Shown here in pieces: positions 26,216 through 40,770 of a stretch of 64,000 bases of DNA (within the stretch, counting starts at the first letter, position 1; the number at the start of each line of letters is the position of its first letter). The notes beneath the pieces are model-generated. The model did not search any database. It saw only the letters and a program-made list of their open reading frames with translations, and was not told the DNA's origin. Origin of the DNA: Octopus vulgaris. Taxonomy: Eukaryota. Location of the stretch: positions 7,998,001 through 8,062,000 of the forward strand of contig OX597835.1 in assembly GCA_951406725.2 (NCBI GenBank). Direction: 5' to 3'. A program made the translations under genes and the position numbers.

Positions 26216-26747
26216 AGTGTTTTAGAAACGAAGTCTTTCAAATATGGAATTGAAACCGCCTCGCGGAACATACCTTTTAATGACCATATAAGGAAAAACA
26301 ACAACAGAAGCTTTCTCCAGTGAAAATATCGTTGTATCTGTGAGTGATCTCGAGATTTCTAACATCACTTTCTGTTTTCTCCTATCTTTTGATCTGAACA
26401 CCATGGCAACCGGCAGCTTCAACTCTTTTGTTTCTCATTAGTTCAATCACCAATAAAGGAAATGAAAAAGCAGCGAACACTTATAGCAACGCATGCACGT
26501 GCAAGCGCACACACACAGAGTCAGATATACATACTCCCCCTCACAATCACATATATATGCCCACATACACACACATAATCACATGCATAGACTTATTAAT
26601 AAGTAATCAGTAAATTTTAAAACTGTTTTGTAATAAAATAGAAATACTTATCCTGTTCTTGAGCACTTTTCTTCCATCTGGGCAAATATAATTATATACA
26701 TTTCATATATATCTTATGTTAGATATTTAGTTAATTAGTTAGTTAGT

Positions 26748-26819
<72 letters not shown>

Positions 26820-26820
26820 A

Positions 26821-27070
26821 AAGTTTCTTTATTGGCCACACAGGGCTGCACACAGATGGGACAAGTTACAAGGTAGAGCTTTTCTTTTGGGGGATGAAAA
26901 AAAGCAAAAAAACAAAAGAAACAAAAAAAGGTGGCGTAGGTTTTCGATCAAAAGGGATCGTAAAAGGGAAAAAAAGAACAAAAAAAAGAAAAAAAGGAAA
27001 GGGAACAAAAGAAAAGAGAAATGAAAAAAACAAGAAAAAAGGGGAAAAAAGGGGAAGAGGAAAAGGGGAA
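26821..27070 (-). mobile_element. Tx1 LINE 3' UTR fragment inside (GATA)n
   Basis: Sense end GCTCTACCTTGTAACTTGTCCCATCTGTGTGCAGCCCTGTGTGGCCAATAAAGAAAC; (GATA)n on both sides; near-identical to 62658-62921. Confidence 0.88.
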
Positions 27071-27121
27071 GAGATAGATAGATAGGTAGATAGATAGATA
27101 GGTAGATAGATAAATAAATAA

Positions 27122-27170
<49 letters not shown>

Positions 27171-28074
27171 CAGATAAATGTGTGTGAGTATGTGTGCAGG
27201 TGGTGTGTGAGAGATAGATAGTGAGAGAGTGAGAGAGAGAGAGAGAGCGAAAGAGAGAGAGAGAAATAATTTACCTGACATAAATACTCCTGATTCCCTG
27301 CTGTGTTACAATCTTTCAAAAGAAATCGCTGCCTTGTCTCGAGCATCTGTATTTCAGCATTTTAGGACTCTGCCATTGAAAGCTTTATCCACTTCCAGCT
27401 GCCCTGTGCCACCAACATTTCTAGACTGTTCATCATCGCAGCCACATTAAGGAATTCACAACCCACGTTTCAAGTGAAGTTACCTGCGCAATGGAGATTT
27501 CCAGTGATTTGGGAATGGGGTGGAATGGAGGAATCAGCTCCTGTAGCCATGGAAACCTAAGACAATTGTTTGCTCCTTCAAACTCAAAGAAGTTGGGTGA
27601 GGCTCTTAACTTCTTTTCCATTCTTTTTCCAGTTTGTCTACCTTTTCTTTTGTCTTCCAAGAATTATCAACAAAACTGCAGACCACAGCCCATCCATCAG
27701 TTTGGACTTGCCCATTACGCTTCGGTGAACCATTCCTTCTTCGAGATCACTTCACCCAATGTCTTTGGAACTACAAAACTGAACGACTTAGCTCAGAAAT
27801 TTTGTTAAAATGGAACCTGCCACCCGATGCAAAGGTTTCAATTTTTTCCCACTCTTTTCCACCAGATTGTCTGAAAGCAATTTCTTATATGTATAATACA
27901 TTATAAAGGTACATACAAATCTCTCTCTCTCTTATTATTTATATGTGTATGTGTGTGAGTGTGCGTGAGTGTGTGTGTGTGTGTGTGTGTGTATGTATAT
28001 GTAAATATATATATGTGTGTATGTATGTATGTATGTATATATGTATGTATGTATATATGTATATATGTATGTAT

Positions 28075-28310
28075 AGGGCTATCTAGTTATCAGAAACGTT
28101 ATCGCGCCGGGCGAAATGCTTGGCGGGATCTATCGTCTGTCGTTATCGTTCTATCTATCTATCTATCTATCTATGCCTATCTATCTATCTATAAATAAAG
28201 TACCAGTAGGCCATATCTGGGGTCGATTAGTAACCCACTCCACTCTCCTGTTGTCTGTCCTTGTTTGTCCCTTCTATGTTTAGCCCCTTGTGGGCAGTAA
28301 AGAAATATAT
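28075..28310 (+). mobile_element. SINE family C with Tx1-like tail (sequence appears mosaic)
   Basis: CAGAAACGTTA.CGCGCCGGGCGAAATGC head and TTTAGCCCCTTGTGGGCAGTAAAGAAATA tail, interleaved with words from 29795-29860. Confidence 0.65.
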
Positions 28311-28393
28311 ATGTATGTATGTAAGTATCTATCTATCTATTTATCTATCTGTCTATCTATTATATCTATCCATCTATCTATCTATCTATCTAT

Positions 28394-29562
28394 ATGACCG
28401 AACTGCAGTCCTGCGTGGATCAAAAAGAGGCCGAGGAAGGGCGAATGGCACCGCGAGTGTCGCGTTGCTCTCAAGCAACTCTGCCGTCCTGGGTCGACCT
28501 AAGTGATCAACACAACCAAAGCATTCTATAGGGGTTTAGTGCCTAGGGGAGGTACGACAACGAGCTCGGGGCGAACCTGGACGTCGACGTAAAGGAGTAC
28601 CTGACCCGCCTGTTCAGGACGAAATAGGGCCCATGGACAACTTCTGAGAGATCCCTGGCCTGGCAGTTTTACCGAGAAGCGCTACCCGTTCGGGATAAGC
28701 TCTACAGACACGGCTAAGAAACAGACACCTGCCCGAGATGCGGTCAGAGCGACGAAACCGTTCTGCACGCACTCGTTCAGTGTTCAACAATTTCCGACCT
28801 GTGGGCTTTGTCGAACAACTGCTGTCACGTGTGGGACGAGTCGGATTATCAGCTGAGTATATCGTCAATTGTCACGCCTCCTTCCTTCAAAGGGAAGGAA
28901 GAGCTATTTTCATCATCCTTGTGGCTATGGCGAAAGAATGTATCTGGTGGACGCGTCTGAAAGGTAGGAGACTGTAGTTAACACTTTCCTGCCCGACCGT
29001 GGTCAATCTCTCATCAACTTCTGGTCAAGTACCACTTGAAAAGGAAAGTGAGAGTAGAGAGGCAAGTTTTGTCTAGCGAATGTTTTAAAAAAGATGGCAT
29101 GAATGTAGCAAGAATGGCACGTATGAATGACGAAGCCACCTGAGCATAGTCCTATGAACCATTAAATCGAAAACAGAGAGTTGCTTATTTGCAAAAAAAA
29201 AAAGAACATCAAATCTTTTTAATCCTAAATATGTTCACTTCATTGACCCTGAAGGATGCTGACACACGGCCGTTGGTCACAACTTTAGCGACATTCTTGA
29301 GTAAACCTCACCTGTCCTCCCCTTACACTTCATATTGACATTTCTGTCAAGAGAAAATGAGGAAATGCCCTATTGATCAAGTAGTTTTTGCATCCCCCCA
29401 CTTTTTTTTAATGTGGAAGTCCTCTTTCTTTTTTACGAAGGTTGATCGAAACTCCCCCCTTCCTTTTTTTTTTTATTTTTTTTTTCTAACCCTTCAAAAG
29501 AAAAGCTCTACCTTGTAATTTGTTCTATCTGTGTGCAGCCCGGTGTGGCTAATAAAGAAACA
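28394..29562 (+). mobile_element. 5'-truncated Tx1 LINE in (TCTA)n, corrupted or mosaic copy
   Basis: Colinear with 44259-45428, but with many indels and words matching 30050-30800. An extra short tail fragment lies at 29628-29662. Confidence 0.85.
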
Positions 29563-29621
<59 letters not shown>

Positions 29622-29682
29622 CTATCTATTGTGCAGCCCTGTGTGGCTAATAAAGAAACATATCTATCTATATGTCTGTCTG

Positions 29683-29720
<38 letters not shown>

Positions 29721-29722
29721 CA

Positions 29723-29793
<71 letters not shown>

Positions 29794-30424
29794 AAAGCAA
29801 AGCTATGCCGATGTAGGCCATATCTCTCCATTAGTAACCCACTCCACTCTCCTGTTCTCTGTTAGTTTGTGTATTTTCAATAAAGTCATTATAGAAGAAC
29901 GTAGAATGTTCTTACAGCGTTTTGCAGTAACATGTGTTTCCACATCTATACTGAGTTATTCTATGTTTATTCCTCGTCCTGCTCTGTTAATAATGTGTTG
30001 GTAGCGAGGGAATTACTTTTCCTCAGAAGAATGTAATTAAATACAAAATGTATATTTGTGCCTAAATATAAATGCAATGTTTTCTGTATTTGAATTTATG
30101 TAAAAATATATATTTAGATTTAAATAAGCATTAAGTGAATGCCTGAAAATACTGAATACAATGTTTTGTTCAGTTTTATAAAAAATATTCACGATTTAGC
30201 AAATATATATAATAAAAGACAAAATATATGAAAGAGTATTTTCTGAACTATCGCCAAGAATTTTTTACTGTTCGGCTTTATACTATCTCAGTACAGATTG
30301 TAGGGACAAGGCGGTTCCTTAGGGCAAGGATGTTTACCTTTGCAAAATACCATTTCTGGAAGAGTGTGACAAAGGGATATGCGTATATATTCTTTTATGA
30401 AATTTATTTTTTAGAACGAAAGTG

Positions 30425-30563
30425 TAGGCAACTGTAGTTAAACCCGTGCCCGACCGTGGGTCATCTGGAGTTCTCTCCCCTGGTCACATCGTTAACAACG
30501 AGGTGGCGCTCGTGACGTGAAAAGGGCATCACAGCCGGGCACGGATTTAACTACAGTTGCCTA
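30425..30563. mobile_element. 139-bp hAT-like MITE
   Basis: About 34-bp TIRs starting TAGGCAACTGTAGTTAAA (3 mismatches). 8-bp flanks CGAAAGTG / CAAAAGTA. Confidence 0.8.
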
Positions 30564-30902
30564 CAAAAGTATGAACCATTAAAAAGAACATCATTTTATT
30601 AAGAACATCAAATCTTTTTAATCCTAAATATGTTCACCTGACCCTGAAGAGATGCTGACACACGGCCGTTGGTCACAACTTTAGCGACATTCTTGAGTGA
30701 ATGTGGATTCAATTTTTTCTTTGGCAGTCAAGGGACAATGAGGAAATGCCCTGAATTCTCAAGTAGTTCTTGTGCATCACAATCAATGTGGAAGTCCTAA
30801 AATTTTAAAAGGTTATGAATGAGAACATTGTTAAACAACCACTTTTTTTAAACACTATAGAAAACACGCAACTTTATAGTAATAATATCAGTGATTTCAA
30901 AA

Positions 30903-31064
30903 GGCGTAGGAATGGGTGTGTGGTAAGTAGCTTGCTTACCAGTCACCTGGTTCCGGGTTCCGTCCCACTGCGTGGCACCTTGGTCAAGTGTCTTCTACTA
31001 TAGCCTCGGGCCGACCAAAGCCTTGTGAATGGATTTGGTAGACGGAAACTGAAAGAAGCCCGTC

Positions 31065-31104
<40 letters not shown>

Positions 31105-31351
31105 ATATATATGTATATATGTGTGTGTATATGTTTGAGTGTCAGTATTTGTCTCCCCAACATCGCTTGACAACCGATGCTGGTGTGTTTACGTCCCCGT
31201 AACTTAGCGGTTCGGCAAAAGAGACCGCTAGAATAAGTACTAGGCTTACAAAGAATAAGTCCTGGGGTCGATTTGCTCGACCAAAGGCGATGCTCCGGCA
31301 TGGCCACAGTCACATGACCGAAACAAATAAAAGAGTAAAAGAGTAAAAGAG
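30903..31351 (+). mobile_element. SINE family A
   Basis: Matches 16179-16580. Confidence 0.9.
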
Positions 31352-31436
31352 CTTCGATTAAAAGCGTATAAGCCACACCCGAGAGAACCACTACACTAAG
31401 AATAACTATCGAGAAACTAAAATCTTTAGCTCTCAT

Positions 31437-31577
31437 GGAAGCACTCCGTCGGTTACGACGACGAGGGTTCCGGTTGATCCGAATCAACGGAACAGCCTGC
31501 TCGTGAAATTAACGTGTAAGTGGCTGAGCACTCCACAGAAGTCCGCTGCCCTAACCACTGGGCCATTGCGCCTCCAC
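31437..31577 (-). mobile_element. SINE family B with a large internal deletion
   Basis: Both ends of family B are joined at CTCCACAGA|AGTCCGCTG. Confidence 0.85.
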
Positions 31578-31725
31578 CATTGCTCTCATACTTAACCCGG
31601 GTAAGCATATAAAATACAGACCCACAGATTAGTATATCCACAGCCACCAATAAATATACTGATATCCCCTCCCTCTGTAATCTATGTTGGGGTGCACAAG
31701 AGGTGCAGAAGAAAAGCAATTGTAC

Positions 31726-31772
31726 CTGAGCGTGTTCGACTTGATCTCAAGTGATGCAACCGTCGCCTAAAT
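31726..31772 (-). CDS. Candidate 47-nt exon (FRRRLHHLRSSRTRS)
   Basis: Acceptor GTCTCTCTTTCTCTAG, donor CAG|GTACAA; open only with phase-2 entry. No homology recognised. Confidence 0.22.
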
Positions 31773-32427
31773 CTAGAGAAAGAGAGACATCGTGTGAATA
31801 GTTGCGAGAGTTTATAATGTCCACACTGTCACACTGCATTTCGGACATGTTGTAGTGTGCAGTTACCACCTCCCTGGACAGTTGCAAACATGGTTTAACT
31901 GAAGAGAGGAATCCATGTGCTGCACTTCAAGCATTCAGCCGACATCCTTCGCGTTACAGCATTTTCTGTTTTGAAGTGTTCTGCCGTTACACAACGATAT
32001 GAAAGCAAATAAATAATACTTCAACTACTCATCAAATTTTTATTGTTATTATCATTATTTTCTTTATTTGTGTCTAACAAGAAAATCGCTATATTTAAGC
32101 ATTATCAGTATAATATATTTAAATATTATGATAATGTTGTTGAAAATCTGTTTTATTCATCTTACGCCTAATTGACAACAGTCTCAAATTAGATTTCCAG
32201 TGATCTCTTCCACGTTTGTCAATGGTAAAATCCATCAAAATTCTTACCCATTCTATAAATCCCAATCCAACAGAGGCTTCTATTTGCTATAACATTACCT
32301 CACTCAGATTAATGCCATATGTTTGGAAGTTCTCTGGTTAGAAAGAAGAAAAGGTATTTACTTCTCATTTTCCCGTATCCCTTGACATCACTCTTGATTT
32401 CCTTTCATTTTTTATCCTTCTGCACTC

Positions 32428-32692
<265 letters not shown>

Positions 32693-33189
32693 TATATATA
32701 TATATATATACATATCTAAGTCTTTCAATATCCATCCATCTACTAATCCATCCATTCATAATTCCTTCCCCCCTTCTTTGATCGATTTCTCCCTTCTTTG
32801 ATCGATTTCTTCCTTCCATCAATCAATCCATCCACCCACCTACACTTCACCACATATCCACACATAAATCCATAGATCTGTATAAAAACCTATATGTTTA
32901 TGGATAAATATACGTAGCCATTCTTTCCCTCCTTCAATTTCCTTCAACAGTACTCCTCAGCCTCTCACCCTCAATCTAAGTCTCTCTCTCATTAAACCCA
33001 TTCCCTTGTCTCTACAAAAAACCTCTTCTTGCTCATCACTTCCGCATTCACTCTTACAATGTCATGCGTTTCTCTTCGTTTCGTCCAACTTAGACCATTC
33101 TTAAATTCATTAAACACTCACCTCTTCTCAGTCCTTCCTTCTTTGTCTGTCTGTCTCTCTGTCTGTCTCTCTGTCTGTCTGTCTGTCTC

Positions 33190-33225
<36 letters not shown>

Positions 33226-33464
33226 CCTCTCTTTACACTTTATCACACAATTAACCCAGAGAGGAAAGACAACAACCAAACCAACAAACACAAACTTAAA
33301 CGCCACACAACAAAACAAAAAAGCAACACAACGACATAAAAACAAACAAACAAATAAACACGTAAAATATTTAAAACAAACACTGAAGTAATTTCATTTA
33401 TTCTGGATTTGATTCAACAAAGTTATCCCCCCCCTCCCCGCTTCTATTTTCCTTACTGAAAGTC

Positions 33465-33482
33465 GGCGGCAGATGGCGCTTG
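33465..33482 (+). promoter_or_regulatory. CTCF-like motif
   Basis: GGCGGCAGATGGCGCT resembles the CTCF core CCAGCAGATGGCGCT; motif match only. Confidence 0.3.
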
Positions 33483-33769
33483 TTGCTGATTGTATTTCTG
33501 ATTATATTCAATTGAAAAAACAATTCAACCACTCTTCTCTCATGATTAACCTATTTGTCGTTTGTTTCACTCGACCTACATGGCATACGGTAATTTTGTC
33601 AATTTTGGTAATTTTGGTTTTAATTTTCCCCATGTGTTTTTTATTTGCCTGAGGTTGACAGGGGAGGAGGTGAAGAGAAGAATACCGGTTGCTTTTATGT
33701 TACATAAACGTGTGTGTATGTGTAAATTCATGTATATATACGTGTGTGCATGCAGTTGTGTGTGTGTGT

Positions 33770-33776
33770 GATATCC

Positions 33777-33858
<82 letters not shown>

Positions 33859-33872
33859 CCTTCTATCCATCC

Positions 33873-33917
<45 letters not shown>

Positions 33918-33981
33918 ACTATCCATCTATCTGTCAGTCTATCTGTCTATCTGTCTACCTATCTATCTATCTATCTATCTA

Positions 33982-34038
<57 letters not shown>

Positions 34039-34044
34039 CTCTAA

Positions 34045-34142
<98 letters not shown>

Positions 34143-34150
34143 CTATCTAT
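33770..34150. repeat. (TATC)n microsatellite
   Basis: Directly visible. Confidence 0.95.
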
Positions 34151-36298
34151 CGTTATCTCCTCTTTTATATACACTTGTTGTATATACAATATATCTGATA
34201 ATAAATCATCTTTTCGTGCATAAAATATCCTTAACAATATGTTCGATGGCTCAAAGCTCTCCAGTGGCTAAACAATAACAAAAACAAAAATATCTCCAAC
34301 TGCAACCGTTATTTACAATTGCTGATTGGTCCCATGGTGGCGAGAAGGTTCTCCCCCCCCCCGTCTTACCTTTGATCTAGTGGAACAACTGGAATGTTAG
34401 AAAAAGAGAACTTCGTCAGTCCTGGGCTGCTGCTTTCCTCATCAAGCACGAAAGGATGGAAAACAAAAGCAAAGTCAACGTGGGTGGGATTTGAACTCAG
34501 AGCGCGGGGAGCGAAAATGCGGTAATGCATTTTATAGGACATTGTAATGACTCTGCCAATCGTACTCTAAGACATTTCGCTGCTTACTTCGAAGTCCAAC
34601 TAAAATTACGCAGGTAGTTAAATACTTTTATTTCTGTTTGGTAAACTGATAAATGTCTCCTGAGAGAGATCAACGACTTCAATCAAATAAACGACTTTCA
34701 TTAGTTTAATTATAATTAATGACTTTGGTGGAGGCAGGATGGCGGATGCTCGATGGAGTCTGTATTGACCAGTTTGTGTCTGTGTCAACTGAAATATCTC
34801 TTCATTATATCTCTTCATACAAACGTTCAAAATAAACACTAATGGTTGCTTGGGCACATCAAAAATGCCATACCACCGTATATGGAATTAATAGATTTAT
34901 TTTAAATGTACAAATGAAAAATTTGTTTCATTTAGTCGTATTTTAATTCAGAAAATATTTTTTTATTTTGAAAATAAATTAATGTTCATTATTTTGTTTG
35001 CACAAGCGTCATAAAATTCGAGAAATGTCAAAATGTAATTTTTGTACCTGTGTAACGGTTATCTCTGTACAATGCATTACTGATCACATTCCAGCTAACA
35101 AATGTTCAACGGTGCCGAGTTATATTAAACGTTAGGAAACTGAATTAATAACCAAACAGAACAACTCACAAGATTCAAAATGCTCACCATTGGGTTTTCT
35201 GGGGAAATATAAAAGAAAAATACTTGATGCATTTAATGTACGAAACAAGGAGTAACCTAGTGAAGGAAGAACGTTTCTGTTTAAAATAGCAGCTAAAATC
35301 TCTGTTGGGTTAACATATCGCCTTATATTTAGGTGATGTGTTAGATGGATTCATAAAAATAACCCAGAATGGCCCGAAATGGTAAATATTTGTCTATTAT
35401 AGATGTGCTTGGATCGGTATAACTCACAGCTAGGCCACAATCTCAAAAAACAAAATAACAGATAAGGGTGTGATGCTAAAAACTCTGTTTCTCAGCCAAG
35501 TGGTTCAGGGTTTCATGGAAACCATCTTGCGTTATTTGTTCAGCCCGAGTTGCACAAACATCCTGGCTTTTTTGCCCATCAGAAATACAATAAATGAGCA
35601 ATTGGCTTTTGGAAAACCTACAGCCAACGCTATTACTGCTTATTTACAATGATGTAAATAAATCAGCACATCAAATCCGATACTATGCCATCCATACATG
35701 AATAAAGCCATTACAATAATAATTATAGATTTGCTAGTAATGAAGTAGTTGCTAAGATGTTTAAATATCTGTATTAATATTGCTCATTGTTGGTTGCTTG
35801 GTCACGTTAAAAATGTCACGCCACCTTCTGTGCAATGACTCAATATGTTCTATTCATAATTAATTAGAAGTAAAGCAATACATATTTATGAGGCTAGCAC
35901 GAAGTTTGATTACTGAGCAAGGAAAGGAGGTCAGTGTTTCATCATGCGATTAATCACAGTCAGGATTAGGGACGTTAGACGGAAATTTATTGTCGTGTTG
36001 TTTGATAGACTCAGTTGTTGGTATCAGTTTGAATTATTTCAACGTTCGAAAATAGACTGAAATGAATTTGAAATTCTATGAGTTAGTTCTTTTCTCTCTC
36101 TCCCTCCTTCTCTCCTTCCCTCCGTCAATTTGTCTGTCTGTCTGTCTGCTTCTCTCTCTCCCCCTCTCCTGTTTCTCTCAGTTTTAATAGTTTTTTTTTT
36201 CTTTCTTATCGCACTTGCCCCGGGATGAATAACTCCGTTTTCTCTCTAGCCACGCACTCACAAACACTCGCGTACTCTTGTATGTGGGGGTTTTGTAT

Positions 36299-36351
<53 letters not shown>

Positions 36352-36404
36352 GTGTGCGTGCGCGTATGTTGTGTGTGTGCATGTGCATCTGTGTATACAC
36401 AAAT

Positions 36405-36521
36405 GGGTCCAGGTTCAGTCCTACTGCGTGGAACCTTGGGCAAGTGTTTTCTACTATAACCTCAGGCCGACTAAAGTCTTGTGAGTGGATTTTGTAGACG
36501 GAAACTGGAAGAAGCCAGTCG
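36405..36521 (+). mobile_element. SINE family A fragment (B-box and core)
   Basis: GGTTCAGTCCTACTGCGTGGAACCTTGGGCAAGTG...GACGGAAACTG. Confidence 0.8.
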
Positions 36522-36841
36522 CTTATGCGTAGCCCTTATAAAACTATTTTCACTGTCCTGTTTGTGTAACCAATTCTGACCCTCCGCAAAATCCCAAATT
36601 TTATTTAATTTGCTTTGCAGGAGCAACAGTTTTATCGAAAGCGTATATTATTGTTGAATGCTCGATATACGAGACTAGTAAAAAAACAGCCAGCAACCGA
36701 TGAAGGGTCGCTCTTTATGTTGGTTGTCTTGTTTTCCATTTGTGTCTTTTGATTTTCAAAAAAAAATAGTCCATATTCCATGTACTCGTGCTTCCTATAT
36801 TTTTGTTGCACACGTTTCATGACGTCCTGTGCCCATATATA

Positions 36842-37371
<530 letters not shown>

Positions 37372-37897
37372 CGGAGCAACTACGAACAAACAAAGAAACT
37401 AATGATGTTGTCCAAGATTTCTATTTTGTGAATGACAGCTTTGGGGATAAACATAGCCTTTCCTCCTCTTCCTCCTCTACCACTACCACCACCACCACCA
37501 CAAAATCGAAACCCATCAACAATAACGAACCAATGAGAACCCAAATGCTAAGTAAATGCTAACCCTGCAAGAAATAGCGACCAAATTCTCTCCAAACCAC
37601 GACTAAGCAAAACAAAAGGAAACGAAATCGGCGTTTAAGGTAACGTAGTCCTAGGTTGACTTCACCTAAAACAATACAAAAGATAAATGCGGTGGTCATG
37701 ACAGGAATAGACGTCATGGGTGCAAGAGATTTGACCTAGGGCTAAAAGAATCATTACCAACAATATTGATGCTACTTTGGTATCGCTATGGAGACGCATT
37801 CAAAGACTTTTTCTTGATCGCATTGGAAAGAAAACTGCGGAAAACGAAATCTAAAATATTTCAAATTAAACGCTTACATCTTCGAAACCCCACCTCG

Positions 37898-38022
37898 ACC
37901 GCCACCGCCGCCACCGCCGCCACCGCCGCCACCACCGCCCCGCCGCCACCGCCGCCACCACGCTTTCACCGCTGCTGCCGCCGCCGTACTGCCACCACCG
38001 CCACCGCCGCCGCCGCTGCCGC
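37898..38022. repeat. GC-rich (CCG/CCA)n tract
   Basis: Directly visible. Confidence 0.85.
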
Positions 38023-38760
38023 CCTAGGCACTGGCAGTTCCAAAAAAGACATTTTTTCTCTGGATAATAAGAAAGATCTCGTCCAAAATTTTAATTTCCG
38101 ACTCAAAATGAAAGTTCACCTTTGCTACAACATTTAATCTCAGAGAATCTTTTAGAAAACATCAATAATTCTTCGCGAGGAATGACTACTTGGCGTAGAA
38201 AAGGAATTTATTTATATAATCTTTATTTTCTCCCCGGGTGTAGGGCGACGGTGGAGGCAACGGTAGCAAAGATCGCCTCTTTTCTGGAAAGTTCATTATA
38301 ACACATAGCGGCTCCTCCTCACTGAACACACCACCATCCCTCATAACACATACATGTGGGACCACTTGCGCTTTTCGTCGCTTTTTGCTCTCCTTTCTTG
38401 TTTATACATTGACATCCTCTCTTCCTCTCTCTCTCTCTGTATATATATGTATATATATGTATATATATGTATGTATATATGTATGTATGTATATATATAC
38501 ACATATATTTATATATTTATATATAAATATGTGTGTTAGTGTGTATACATATATATATATATATATATATACATATATATATGTATATGTATATGTATAT
38601 ATATAAATATAAATATATCAAACATATCTATCTATCTATCTATATCTATCTATCTATATATATATATATATATAGATATATAGATATATATAGACATACA
38701 TATATATGTATATATATATGTATATATATATATATACATATATATACACATATATATGTA

Positions 38761-38846
<86 letters not shown>

Positions 38847-39639
38847 AACTTCGCCAGTACTTTCCGTTTTCAGCAATTTGTTAGGCTTTCAGCTTGTGTG
38901 ACATTTTGATATGTTTAAGCGGGCGGGGATCGGAGTGAGGGGTGAGGGTGGATCGCAATGATATATTCTTGCAAAAGTCAGGATTTTTCTTCAAAAAAAT
39001 CTAACGATGCCGCCGTCGCCGCCGTCGTCTTCCAGCTCCAATCTGCAGAACTTCTTTCTTGTTCGATTTTTTATCCTATTTACTTTCTTACGTTTCACTT
39101 TTTATATGTCTTTTGACAATGGTTTACATTCGAAATATTCTTGCGATTTATCCCTTGTAATCCTGAGTATCAATTCCCAGAGATGAGGAAGAAAGAACAA
39201 GTGGATCGAATCAAATGCAAAAAAAAAAAAAAAAAGAAGGGAAAATGAACACCAGCAGATATAGGATATTGAGACATGTACTGGAAGCGTATTATGGTAG
39301 CATTGATGTTATTAATGTAAATTAGATATGACAGCTCTGTAATTCTTTAAATGGCTTGGTTTGGCATAGCGTGCTAGCACGTCGCTTCCTTTCGGTTTAG
39401 CTATTATTAAATATTCGTTTGCAATTAGCTATCAGGTGAATTATGCAGAAATCTTCCCTCTCACTTCTCGACCCCACCCACACACACACACACACATGCA
39501 TGCAACCTTTAAACTCACATACTTTGATATAGATCCCCAAAATACATTTAGCCATGTACACGTGCAGTTATGTAGGCATGTATATATGTGCGTATGCATC
39601 TATGTATGCGTATATTTACCTGTGTAAAACACACACGTT

Positions 39640-39695
<56 letters not shown>

Positions 39696-39700
39696 TATAC

Positions 39701-39769
<69 letters not shown>

Positions 39770-39872
39770 TATTTATATACACACATATATATGAAACTAG
39801 ATATATATACATCTTTAGTCATGTGTGTTGGTAGGTATGTGTATACGTGTGTATATGTGTGTGTATGTGTGT

Positions 39873-39906
<34 letters not shown>

Positions 39907-40361
39907 CTGCGTTTATCCATATATGTATACGTACATGGGTGATTATCTACATCTACAAATATGAGAGCATATCCATCTCCGTGTACTTTCAACAAGTACG
40001 AATACATACATACACATTCATGCACACATATACACATTCATGCACACACGCACACACATACACATATTCACCCATATTCACATCCACACATTCACACACA
40101 TAGGTATTTGAGAACCATATTCTATTAGTATATTTCATATAAAGAGAACTATGCATATTTCTTTAATTATACATCTTTACATAAGCGTAGAAAATAGTCC
40201 AATGTGTGTGTGTGTGAACACATGTGAGTGTGTGTGTGTATAGACATGTGAGTGTGTGTATGTGCTTGTATATGTGTATGTGTGTGCGCGTGTGTATGTT
40301 GTTATATTTACCGCTTCAATAAATTGCAACAATAAGACGTTTTAGGGAAGGGTCTGCCAAA

Positions 40362-40402
<41 letters not shown>

Positions 40403-40634
40403 TGTATGTATGTATATGAGTGTGTGTGCGTGTGTGCGTGAGTATGTATCCATGTATGTATGTGTCTATATAAGTGTGTGTTTGAAGGTTCCTTAAATTC
40501 CTGGTGGAATCGTAAACGCGCCATAATGATCCTTGTCATTTTAAGCTTTATGGCTGCTCTCCAATGAGTGAAAACTGCAGAAGAAAAATAAATAAGCTTT
40601 TCTTTTTGAGGCAGCACAATTATAATGTAGATGT

Positions 40635-40770
40635 GGAGGGGCGGGACCGGAACGCATGCGCGGGGAATCAATATTTGCAGTGAGAACTCTGATTTGTATC
40701 ACAGTCACCGTAATCGGCAACAATTATGGACTATAAAAGAGGTTAAAATATTTTACTGCCAGAACAGTTC
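40635..40770 (+). promoter_or_regulatory. Candidate promoter or enhancer motif cluster
   Basis: GC box GGGGCGGG, ETS CCGGAA and NRF1-like CGCATGCGC within about 30 bp; TATAAAAG at 40732. Confidence 0.25.

Noticed and set aside
34843-35826. About 38-bp diverged direct repeat (GGTTGCTTGG.CAC.T.AAAAATG.CA..CCACC) about 950 bp apart, considered as possible LTRs
   Set aside because: Too short and diverged, with no TG..CA ends, PBS or coding interior.
37766-38137. Ala/Pro-rich ORF suggestive of a transcription-factor exon
   Set aside because: Driven by the (CCG/CCA)n tract; no domain or splice support.
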